IMG/VR virus record: IMGVR_UViG_3300032236_001024
Coordinates: 128,001-192,000 of that record
Origin: a virus
Taxonomy: Duplodnaviria > Caudoviricetes
Strand: one strand, 5' to 3'
Length of the DNA stretch: 64,000 nucleotides
The notes beneath the pieces are model-generated. The model was not told the DNA's origin and made no database searches. It worked only from the letters and a program-made list of their open reading frames with translations. Shown one piece after another: positions 35,850 through 43,854 of this stretch; position 1 is the stretch's first letter, and every line of letters starts with the position of its first letter. The translations under genes were made by a program, and so were the position numbers.

Positions 35850-36819
35850 GAAATTTGTAGATGATAAAAATAATGTTCCTGCGGTATTAATTTCTCAGGG
35901 TAAGCATTCTATTCCTCGTGATTCAAAAGAAAAAGAAGTACCATCATTGATGAACATGCATGGTGGACATGCTAGAGACCCAAAAGACAATGTTCCATCA
36001 TTAATGAATATGCATGGTGGTCATGCAAGAAAACCTGATAAGAAACTTAAAAAAGAAGAATGGGATACCAAAAAAGGTGAGTGGACAGGTGATGCAGCTA
36101 AACATGGTGCAAATAATTCAACACTTAAACATGCGGACTATGCATCTGAACATCAAGATAAGATGGATAATAATGCAAATCCTCATATAGGTAGCAATAC
36201 ACATGAAGTTCAAAGCGAGTTAGAAACTCGTCATGATATGAGTAAACTAGAACCTAATGAAAGAGCAGCTTTAGGACATTATAGCAGTTCTAGTTTTTAT
36301 TTAAACCGTGATTTACATGATGCTCGTGCTGAAGGTAGAGGACCAAGCCCAGAACATAAAGAACAAACAGAACATCTTGACTCAGCTTTAAAAAAACAAA
36401 AACTTTCTTACCCACTCACTGTTCATCATGGTGCATATGCTGATATTGGTAAGGAAGCTGCTAAAACTTCATCAAGAGAAGTTCATGTTCCTTCATATAC
36501 ATCAACATCAATTAAACCTTCTGTAGCAATGAGATTTTCTAATATTCATCATGATCCACAAACAGGTAAAAGTGTGACTCATGTTCTTAGAATTCATCTT
36601 CCAAAAGGTCATCATGGAATTTATCTTGGTACACGTTCACAATTTTCAAATGAACATGAATTTCTTATGCCAAGAAATACTAGACTTAGAGTAGCTCAAC
36701 ACCCAGAAATTCATCCACATCGTCATGATAAAGATACTGAAGTTCATGTATGGGATGCTCATCCTGTTGAACATCATGAAGACGATCATGGTCAAAAGAG
36801 TTTTGATTTCAATAAGTAA
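35836..36819 (+). CDS. ADP-ribosyltransferase (VIP2/Alt-like fold), paralogue 2
   Basis: HYS..S..LN..L, LTVHHG, YTSTS, NEHEFLMPR. Confidence 0.8.
   Translation: MKTFKKFVDDKNNVPAVLISQGKHSIPRDSKEKEVPSLMNMHGGHARDPKDNVPSLMNMHGGHARKPDKKLKKEEWDTKKGEWTGDAAKHGANNSTLKHADYASEHQDKMDNNANPHIGSNTHEVQSELETRHDMSKLEPNERAALGHYSSSSFYLNRDLHDARAEGRGPSPEHKEQTEHLDSALKKQKLSYPLTVHHGAYADIGKEAAKTSSREVHVPSYTSTSIKPSVAMRFSNIHHDPQTGKSVTHVLRIHLPKGHHGIYLGTRSQFSNEHEFLMPRNTRLRVAQHPEIHPHRHDKDTEVHVWDAHPVEHHEDDHGQKSFDFNK
35938..36033 (+). repeat. 54-nt tandem duplication encoding VPSLMNMHGGHAR twice
   Basis: gtaccatcattgatgaacatgcatggtggacatgctaga versus gttccatcattaatgaatatgcatggtggtcatgcaaga. Confidence 0.9.
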
Positions 36820-36822
36820 TTA

Positions 36823-36843
36823 GTGGGGGTCTAGTGCCCCCAC
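36823..36843. terminator. hairpin between convergent genes
   Basis: GTGGGGG-TCTAGTG-CCCCCAC. Confidence 0.55.
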
Positions 36844-37157
36844 CTATCTTCATTACGTTGATAATCATAATGAAGACCCCAGAAATTAGCATAAAGATCA
36901 TGTAGATCATAATCATTGACACTATTCTTAAAATTATCATACTTTATATTCATGATTGAATCAGCAACAAGCTTTGCAAATTCTTCCTTTGAACAGAAAA
37001 CACGATAATTATAATCGGTAGAACCACCAACGATAATTTCCTTATCAGGAAAAATGTTTTCAATATCTTTCCTACGCCTTGCACGAACAACTAGACCATT
37101 AGGATCAGCACGATCCTGAACCGCAGAACAAAACCCATCATTAAAGCAGAACCACAT
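36831..37157 (-). CDS. conserved phage hypothetical protein
   Basis: MWFCFNDGFCSAV, VRAR, TDYNYR, Y.NFK pattern. Confidence 0.7.
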   Translation of the reverse strand: MWFCFNDGFCSAVQDRADPNGLVVRARRRKDIENIFPDKEIIVGGSTDYNYRVFCSKEEFAKLVADSIMNIKYDNFKNSVNDYDLHDLYANFWGLHYDYQRNEDRWGH

Positions 37158-37160
37158 TTT

Positions 37161-38540
37161 TCACTCCTTATATGTGTCTAGCAACTTCTTTTTTCTCTCC
37201 ATGAAATTCTTGTGCAAGTCTTGCCAATTAGAAAGTCCAGAGTTTTTAAAAAGGCTATGAACGTGAGTATCGTCCATCTTCCTTACACTGTCAAGTCCTT
37301 TTTTCTCAGCTTCCGGATGTTGTGCAAAAACACTTTTAAACACATGACCAGATGCTTGATTGTTGTCTCTCAATGATTGATGTTCGCCAATATCAGGACC
37401 ATAATCTTTATGACCACCTCTGGCTCTGAATTCGAATGATCCGCCATGATCAATAGCATGAAGATCACCATTCTTGTGCTTCATAATATTATCGTGTTCC
37501 AAACCAACAATATCCCAATTCTTAGTCAATGTAGCAGCATGATACATCTTACCAATATGATGTGCTTGCTCTGGAGTTGTATCATTAAACTCTCTTGGTT
37601 TCATTGATTTTAAATCAGGATTGTATTTCGTAACAATAGCATGTCTACCATTGATCATTTCATGCTTTGGTTGAAGAGTATGAATACCCATATGATGATA
37701 TATTTGACCAGTCAAAGCTTCTGACTTTGCCTGATCTCCATTATTGTAGTATTTTATATAATACTTTTTACCATTTTTGTCAGTATGAATTCCACCTTCA
37801 TTGGAACCCATCTGTGTTCCTCCTTCTGGTGTATATGTAGTATCTTCTTTGAAATAGATATCATATGTACTTTCAACAAAGAAACTCTCATGCATTGAGA
37901 CTTGTGAAGGCGCATCACCTTTTCTCTTTGGTGCAGTTTCAGGTGTGTGATATTCAATCTTTCCACGAAGATAAGCACGATGCCCATGCAATGTAACTTC
38001 TTCTGCAGAACGAATAGCTCGACCTTTTTCATCAACAAAAAGATGATGACGCTTTGGATTGAAGCCAGCAACAACACCATTGAAGTTGTGTGATGCATCA
38101 TGATACTCACCATCTACTGATGCCATAGGAAACTTGTTTTGTGTTCCAGTAGCAATAGCTTCACGCCCTTTTTGATGAACATTGAAGTGAGCATTACGAA
38201 GAGTCACAACATGACCATATTGTTGTGCTTCACCACCATAGAAACCTCTACCCTGACGATACCCACTCTTGTTAGTGGGTTTATGCATCGTTAAAACAGG
38301 AACACCAGTGTTGTTCAAAACATTGATGTTAAGACGAACTCCAGTGAGATCACCGTTTTTCTTCTTGATACCCTTAGCCATAATACGCTTAGAGGTTGTG
38401 TCAGTGTTCAAAGCTTTCTGAACTTCATCATCAGAATGAAGTTTTCCTTCTGGTGCAGAACGATTTTTATACAAAGGACTTTCTTCTGCTTGAACAATTT
38501 TTCCTTGTCTTTCTTCTAAGAAGAGTTTAAACGATTTCAT
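37161..38540 (-). CDS. two-domain protein with C-terminal HipA/PI3K-like kinase domain and capsid-targeting-like N-terminus
   Basis: MKSFKLFLEE; GSNEGG loop, YIKYY, SEAL, NWDIVG..HDNI, IDHGGSF. Confidence 0.7.
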   Translation of the reverse strand: MKSFKLFLEERQGKIVQAEESPLYKNRSAPEGKLHSDDEVQKALNTDTTSKRIMAKGIKKKNGDLTGVRLNINVLNNTGVPVLTMHKPTNKSGYRQGRGFYGGEAQQYGHVVTLRNAHFNVHQKGREAIATGTQNKFPMASVDGEYHDASHNFNGVVAGFNPKRHHLFVDEKGRAIRSAEEVTLHGHRAYLRGKIEYHTPETAPKRKGDAPSQVSMHESFFVESTYDIYFKEDTTYTPEGGTQMGSNEGGIHTDKNGKKYYIKYYNNGDQAKSEALTGQIYHHMGIHTLQPKHEMINGRHAIVTKYNPDLKSMKPREFNDTTPEQAHHIGKMYHAATLTKNWDIVGLEHDNIMKHKNGDLHAIDHGGSFEFRARGGHKDYGPDIGEHQSLRDNNQASGHVFKSVFAQHPEAEKKGLDSVRKMDDTHVHSLFKNSGLSNWQDLHKNFMERKKKLLDTYKE

Positions 38541-38571
38541 GGTAGTCAGGCTCCTTAATATTATTGAATAT

Positions 38572-39093
38572 TTAGGTCTTTGTTAATTTGACCTGAAGAC
38601 ATTCAGTTATAGGAACCTGACGTACATACTCACCTTCCGCCTTACGGTTTGACCAAGGCTTCAAAGGATATTCAAGAATTTTACGACTATCAATCACAAC
38701 AGCCCTTGTGCATTCTTTGTTTAGTTGAACGTATGACACGCCATACTTTTCATGAAGCTTGAAAGGAATTTTCTTGGTGAAGCTTTTCTCACGCCTCCAC
38801 TGATGATCTTTGCGTTCGATGCAGTTGATCTCACGGAAAGGAAACTTGATATCACCTTGCCAGTTACCATGACGAACCTCAATCTCCCAGCAATGAACAA
38901 CTTCATCCTTATCATTCAACGTCAGAAGATCGATACCATGAGCATTGGGATTATCGATGGTACGAAACTTGTCAAACTTTTTATTGAGGAATTCCTTCAT
39001 GGCGTCACGCCCAAGCTGGTCATACTGAATGTGGTCAGCACGATCAAACTTCTTGATTACCCCAACCATCCCACGCCGTTCTGCTTCGCTCAT
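38572..39093 (-). CDS. hypothetical protein, PD-(D/E)xK nuclease-like
   Basis: GIDLL...WEIEVRH; higher GC than flanks. Confidence 0.5.
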   Translation of the reverse strand: MSEAERRGMVGVIKKFDRADHIQYDQLGRDAMKEFLNKKFDKFRTIDNPNAHGIDLLTLNDKDEVVHCWEIEVRHGNWQGDIKFPFREINCIERKDHQWRREKSFTKKIPFKLHEKYGVSYVQLNKECTRAVVIDSRKILEYPLKPWSNRKAEGEYVRQVPITECLQVKLTKT

Positions 39094-39125
39094 GATCGCC
39101 TCCTGTACCTATTTTATACCACACA

Positions 39126-39938
39126 TCAAAGACTATTGCAATAGTCAAATGCAGCCTTAAATGTAACATTTTCTGTAAGATTGTATGCTTGTTTTGCTAA
39201 ATGACAATGTTCACTTTCATACCATTCAGGGTCCATCAAAAAATGAGTTCCCCTATTTTCTTGAGCATCTCTTTTATTAATTCTTTTACCAAATTGCTCA
39301 ATTCTTTTTGTCATGTTTTCATTCCAAGGACAAAATTTGTATTTCAATGTGAAAATACTATCTGATGTTATCATACCAGTATTATTATGCAATGCATGTC
39401 TTCCTATTGAATAACACCCACTACTCATATTATGATAATATCTACTATACAATATATAATACAAATCATTTGTCAAACCAGAATTGACATCATTTGCTGT
39501 ATAATTGTTTATCATACCATGATGTTTTTGCTCTATTAATGATTTAGAATGTGTTGGCAAATCTTTTAAATTTTCATCTACCATGCATACTGCATGTGTC
39601 TTCAAATAATTTGCATTATTTTTTTGCATATAATCATTAACATCATTCAATGACATGGATGTTAAAAGAAATTCGCCTACAGTGAGAGCTATCTTAAATC
39701 CTTCAACTGTAGTTTCATGTTCTTTAACTTCATTATCAATTGCTTGAGCATCAAAATCATTAGTAGTTGTATCGACAATCTTCCAATTAGAAGGACATAG
39801 TTCTTTGCATATCTCTAATGATCTATCTGTTGAATTATGATTGATCATGATACCATAATCAAACAACTTTTTGTGATGATTAATCCACCATGGTAAAAGA
39901 TATTCTTCATTATAGAAGTGTGTGATGACTGTATTCAT
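39126..39938 (-). CDS. GT2-like glycosyltransferase, paralogue 1
   Basis: MNTVITHFYNEEYLLPWWINHH, STDRS, GRH motif. Confidence 0.7.
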   Translation of the reverse strand: MNTVITHFYNEEYLLPWWINHHKKLFDYGIMINHNSTDRSLEICKELCPSNWKIVDTTTNDFDAQAIDNEVKEHETTVEGFKIALTVGEFLLTSMSLNDVNDYMQKNNANYLKTHAVCMVDENLKDLPTHSKSLIEQKHHGMINNYTANDVNSGLTNDLYYILYSRYYHNMSSGCYSIGRHALHNNTGMITSDSIFTLKYKFCPWNENMTKRIEQFGKRINKRDAQENRGTHFLMDPEWYESEHCHLAKQAYNLTENVTFKAAFDYCNSL

Positions 39939-40735
39939 ATGTAACTCATACAATAATTGTGAGCGTTTAAAAACGATATATCAGTTCTAAGATCATAAGC
40001 ATATTGTGAATAATGTATATGATTTTTATCAATATCTTCTAATGATACTAAATGAGTGTTGCCTCTACCTTGATTTAAATCAGATTGTGGTACTCTTTCA
40101 CCAATTTGAAGCATTCTTTTTTTAAGATTTTCATTCCAAGGTGAATATTTATATTTTAAAGTAAAAACATTTGTTACTCCAGAATGAATCATATCATGAA
40201 CCATGTGTCTTCCTGGGGTATATTTTCCAAATGGCTGATTGTGATAAAATCTTCCGTATACCAATTTAAAATTTTCATTCCATCCATAAATTGTTGGGCA
40301 ATCTTCAATCACGCCATGATATTTTTGAAAAAAAAGAGGATAATCATATGATGGTAATTCATCTGAATACATATCAACCATACGCACACCAATTGTTTTT
40401 ATACATTGCACGTTAAAATGTTTCATATAATCATTTAAATTATTTAATGATATTGGAGTTAGAAAAAATTCTGTGGTGGTTAAAGCTATTTTAAATCCTT
40501 CTACAGAATTTTCATGAAACTTTACTTCCATATCACATTTTTCAGCATCAAAATTTTCATTGATACTATTAACAATCTTCCAATGTGGAGGACACAATTC
40601 TTTACAAATTTCTAATGATCTGTCTGTAGAATGATAATTGATCATGATACCATAATCAAATAATCTTCTATGATGTTTGATCCACCAAGGTAAAAGATAT
40701 TCTTCATTATAGAAGTGTGTGATGACTGTATTCAT
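39935..40735 (-). CDS. GT2-like glycosyltransferase, paralogue 2
   Basis: MNTVITHFYNEEYLLPWWIKHH, STDRS, GRH. Confidence 0.7.
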   Translation of the reverse strand: MNTVITHFYNEEYLLPWWIKHHRRLFDYGIMINYHSTDRSLEICKELCPPHWKIVNSINENFDAEKCDMEVKFHENSVEGFKIALTTTEFFLTPISLNNLNDYMKHFNVQCIKTIGVRMVDMYSDELPSYDYPLFFQKYHGVIEDCPTIYGWNENFKLVYGRFYHNQPFGKYTPGRHMVHDMIHSGVTNVFTLKYKYSPWNENLKKRMLQIGERVPQSDLNQGRGNTHLVSLEDIDKNHIHYSQYAYDLRTDISFLNAHNYCMSYI

Positions 40736-40736
40736 T

Positions 40737-41528
40737 TTACAATCTCCTACAATATTCAAACGCTGCATTAAATGAATGATCGTCTCTTAAATCATGAGAT
40801 AAATTTAAGAAATGTTTATACCATCCATTATGATCTTGCGCCGAATGTAGTGGATAATCTGAAGAAGCGTCTCTTACCTTAGATTCATATTTTAAAATTC
40901 TATCAATCGAAATATCATTCCATGGTGAATACTTATATTTCAATACAAAAACATTATTGACATGCATAACATTATCACAATCTACCAGATTATGTCTTCC
41001 CGGCGAATACTTTCCAAATCTGTTATTATGATAGTATCTACCAAAATTGTGATTCCATGCATCAGGCAACCATGGTTGATTTGGATCAACATAATTTCTA
41101 ATTACGCCATGATGCTTTTGTACAAACAATGGTAAACCATGCGATGGTAAATTGTTTGTATCATTATCTACCATACATACACCAGTTGTCTTTAAGTAGT
41201 TTATATTATTATCAATGATAAATTTATTGATATCATTTAACGGACATGGTGGTAATAAAAATTCAGTGACAGTAAGAGCTATCTTAAATCCTTCAACTGT
41301 GCTTTCATGATATTTAACTTCTAAATCATTTGTTGAAGATAAAAAAACTTCGTTTATCGTATCAACAATTTTCCAATGTGGAGGACATAATTCTCTGCAT
41401 ATCTCTACAGAACGATCAGTAGAATCGTAATTAATCATAATACCATGATCAAATATTTTCTTATGATGATCAATCCACCATGCAAGCATATACTCTTCAT
41501 TATAGAAGTGTGTGATAACTGTATTCAT
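40737..41528 (-). CDS. GT2-like glycosyltransferase, paralogue 3
   Basis: MNTVITHFYNEEYMLAWWIDHH, STDRS, GRH. Confidence 0.7.
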   Translation of the reverse strand: MNTVITHFYNEEYMLAWWIDHHKKIFDHGIMINYDSTDRSVEICRELCPPHWKIVDTINEVFLSSTNDLEVKYHESTVEGFKIALTVTEFLLPPCPLNDINKFIIDNNINYLKTTGVCMVDNDTNNLPSHGLPLFVQKHHGVIRNYVDPNQPWLPDAWNHNFGRYYHNNRFGKYSPGRHNLVDCDNVMHVNNVFVLKYKYSPWNDISIDRILKYESKVRDASSDYPLHSAQDHNGWYKHFLNLSHDLRDDHSFNAAFEYCRRL

Positions 41529-41561
41529 AACCAACTCCAATATTATATTGGTTATTTATAA

Positions 41562-41639
41562 TGGTCCTCTGTATCGGATTTGAACCGATGATCTTCACGC
41601 TTGAAAGGCGGATATGTTTGACCGCTACACTAACAGAGG
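41562..41639 (-). tRNA. tRNA-Glu(TTC)
   Basis: CTTTCAA loop, TTCAAAT T-loop, CCA; one mismatch in anticodon stem. Confidence 0.82.
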
Positions 41640-41644
41640 ATATA

Positions 41645-41734
41645 TGGCGGAAGAGGTAGGATTCGAACCCACGATACCCGTTAAGGTATGCTAGTTTTCA
41701 AGACTAGAGCCATCAACCACTCGGCCACTCTTCC
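41645..41734 (-). tRNA. tRNA-Ser(TGA), copy 2
   Basis: CTAGT-CTTGAAA-ACTAG, long variable arm, CCA. Confidence 0.93.
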
Positions 41735-41738
41735 ATAT

Positions 41739-41815
41739 TGGTCTTGGCGGAGAGATTCGAACTCCCGACCCTCTGGACCCAAACCAGATGCGCTACCAGA
41801 CTGCGCTACGCCAAG
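41739..41815 (-). tRNA. tRNA-Pro(TGG)
   Basis: TCTGG-TTTGGGT-CCAGA, CCA. Confidence 0.93.
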
Positions 41816-41824
41816 TTATTCTTT

Positions 41825-41901
41825 TGGTTGGGACAGATGGACTCAAACCATCGACCTCACGATTATCAGTCGTACGCTCTAATCAACTGAGCTATGCCCC
41901 A
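41825..41901 (-). tRNA. tRNA-Ile(GAT)
   Basis: TACGA-CTGATAA-TCGTG, CCA. Confidence 0.92.
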
Positions 41902-42290
41902 ATTAAACCTGAATATTTGTGTCTTTCTCTATTACCTTTACCCTTGTTTAAGGCTTTCCATGTCTCAGTAAGAGAATGACAATTCGGACACAAAACTTTT
42001 AAATTTTCTTTTTTACAGTTCGAACAATCACCATCGATATGATCGATTTCTAATGGAGAATTTCCTGTTTTTGGATTAATTTTATTCCAGCCACATTCTA
42101 CACACTGAAAATTTGATTGTTCTAACATATATTTTCTTACAGCTGTTTTAATTCTATATCCAACTTTGTATCCATGATCTGATCCTTTTAACCAATTTTC
42201 TACAACATCACGAGATTTTTTATCTCCTTGACATTTATTACTACAATATTTTCCAGTTTTTATTTCTGTTTTACAATTTAAGCAGTGCAT
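41892..42290 (-). mobile_element. free-standing HNH endonuclease inside the tRNA cluster
   Basis: YCSNKC, CVECG, LEIDHIDG...N...ENL..LCPNCH; TATAAATA at 42322-42329. Confidence 0.9.
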
Positions 42291-42332
42291 CTAAACCTCC
42301 GAGTTTACAGCCTTCTGCTTTTATTTATAAAA

Positions 42333-42408
42333 TGGTAGACCCTCCGGGGCTCGAACCCGGGACAATTCGATTAAAAGTCGAGTACTCTACCTACTGAGCT
42401 AAGGGTCC
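42333..42408 (-). tRNA. tRNA-Lys(TTT)
   Basis: CTCGA-CTTTTAA-TCGAA, CCA. Confidence 0.92.
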
Positions 42409-42417
42409 AAACTTATT

Positions 42418-42603
42418 AGGAGTGATGTTATGTTATGGATATGGATAGACCGCCATATCGTTCGCTTTACTCTGCAATCTTATTTCAGGTCATGACTCCT
42501 ATTTCGATTGCAACTCAGTTTATGCCGTGCCTGCAGGACAGAGAGCTTTAGGGACTGTGCGCTGCCCAGGAACACTGGGATTTTCCATAACACCACACCT
42601 AAC
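42418..42603 (-). ncRNA. unidentified ~185-nt multibranched structured RNA
   Basis: outer stem TTAGGTGTGGTGTTATGGA/TCCATAAC..CATCACTCCTAA; inner CCCAG/CTGGG, TGCAATC/GATTGCA, ATATGG/CCATAT. Confidence 0.55.
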
Positions 42604-42605
42604 AA

Positions 42606-42722
42606 GTTGTTTCTACAAAGAAGTACCGTTCTGTATAGGATTTGCACCTATCTTTCACCCGACTCCGCAGATGTGTCCTAACTTATAGACGAACAAAACG
42701 ATACTCCTTTGAAGAAACAACC
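42606..42722 (-). ncRNA. tRNA-like domain on a long closing stem
   Basis: GTTGTTTCT..AAAGGAGTATCGTTTTGT/ACAGAACGGTACTTCTTTGTAGAAACAAC stem; D-like GTC/GAC; T-like ATAGG-TGCAAAT-CCTAT. Confidence 0.55.
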
Positions 42723-42812
42723 GTTACACCCACGATGGGGTAAGAATCCCTACTCAGAGAGTACGAATCCCCGATGTTTCTCGTTCCAACAATGTCAAAC
42801 AGCGTATGATGT

Positions 42813-42841
42813 ACAATACCCCACTCCCATATCCGTGTCAA
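42813..42841 (-). promoter_or_regulatory. sigma70-type promoter for the ncRNA/tRNA transcript
   Basis: TTGACA-N17-TATTGT; shares GTTGACACGGA.ATGG with the promoter at 53109-53137. Confidence 0.75.
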
Positions 42842-43455
42842 CTACTATTTTTAGGATATGGCATTATTTTATATTTCAAACTTTGTAACAACTCTTTCTT
42901 TCTTTTCCCCTTAGCATTCAAAAACACATACCTGTGTTTTCTTGGTCTAGGTTTGAGAGAGAACTTGTCGCCATAAAGTTCTTTCAATTCCTGTGATGAG
43001 TATTTATCTGCAATTGTCTGACAATGCCTATCAATACCATCAACAACCCAATTCGTTCTCTTAGCAGATAGTCCTGTATAATACCAGTTTGTTGCCTGAT
43101 ACACAATACCTAAATGCCCTTGTTCTATCTCAGCATATGATACAACAATCTCCTTACCACATTGTTTGATTGTATTCCCTATCAAGAAACTTTCACCATT
43201 CCTTGGTACTGAATCACAAACCCACAACCTAGTAAGTTCTACTACATTGTTTACATTATCATCACCAGCAATTCCTCTCCTTAGAGGCGCAGATGATGGT
43301 GTACCATATACTACAACACCTTTGCATTCATCATCCAGAAACAATCCAAATGCAACACTACAAGGTGCTTTTCTATGAAGATAATGCTTCTCAACAATTA
43401 TCTTCATAGCAGTGTGATAATCAATCCTCTTGATACAGTAGTTCTCAAGAGCCAT
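42838..43455 (-). CDS. mom: Mom-like adenine-modifying acyltransferase
   Basis: HYLHR, ELTRLW, ESFLIG, VSYAE..QGHLGIVYQATNWYYTG, KHRY. Confidence 0.8.
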   Translation of the reverse strand: MALENYCIKRIDYHTAMKIIVEKHYLHRKAPCSVAFGLFLDDECKGVVVYGTPSSAPLRRGIAGDDNVNNVVELTRLWVCDSVPRNGESFLIGNTIKQCGKEIVVSYAEIEQGHLGIVYQATNWYYTGLSAKRTNWVVDGIDRHCQTIADKYSSQELKELYGDKFSLKPRPRKHRYVFLNAKGKRKKELLQSLKYKIMPYPKNSS

Positions 43456-43457
43456 GA

Positions 43458-43556
43458 TTATTCAAAACAAATGATCTTGAATCGTGTATTATCGACCCAA
43501 TATCCTACAACCCACTTACCCAACTCGACACTATAAGTCTTGATGATCTTTTCCAT
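43458..43556 (-). CDS. tiny hypothetical protein (32 aa; not in ORF track)
   Basis: GGAGAG RBS; MEKIIKTYSVELGKWVVGYWVDNTRFKIICFE. Confidence 0.55.
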   Translation of the reverse strand: MEKIIKTYSVELGKWVVGYWVDNTRFKIICFE

Positions 43557-43567
43557 TTCACTCTCCA

Positions 43568-43756
43568 TCAATACAACAAAGTTTCTTTCCTGAGATAATC
43601 AGGAGTTGTTTCTCTAACATACTCTTGGATATCTTTCAATACGTCTTCCTCATCCTCTGGGATCAATACAACATCCATATAGTTAGCGTTGTATTTTACA
43701 GCCTCATACGTAGATGGCTGGTAGGAAGGTTTTCTTTTACTATCTTTTGGAGTCAT
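43568..43756 (-). CDS. hypothetical protein
   Basis: 62 aa ORF, AAGGA RBS. Confidence 0.6.
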   Translation of the reverse strand: MTPKDSKRKPSYQPSTYEAVKYNANYMDVVLIPEDEEDVLKDIQEYVRETTPDYLRKETLLY

Positions 43757-43854
43757 CTATTTATATCCTTTCAATCAGACATGGCTAGTATACAGGATAA
43801 AAAAAGCTTGTCAAGAAAAAAATCTCACTTTTTAGGGTGAGATTTGTATTTTTT

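Noticed and set aside
42418-42800. tmRNA (including two-piece), RNase P or SRP RNA
   Set aside because: No GGGG...CCACCA tmRNA ends or ANDN-type tag, no GAGGAAAGUCC, no SRP GGAA/AGCAG loop found by eye.
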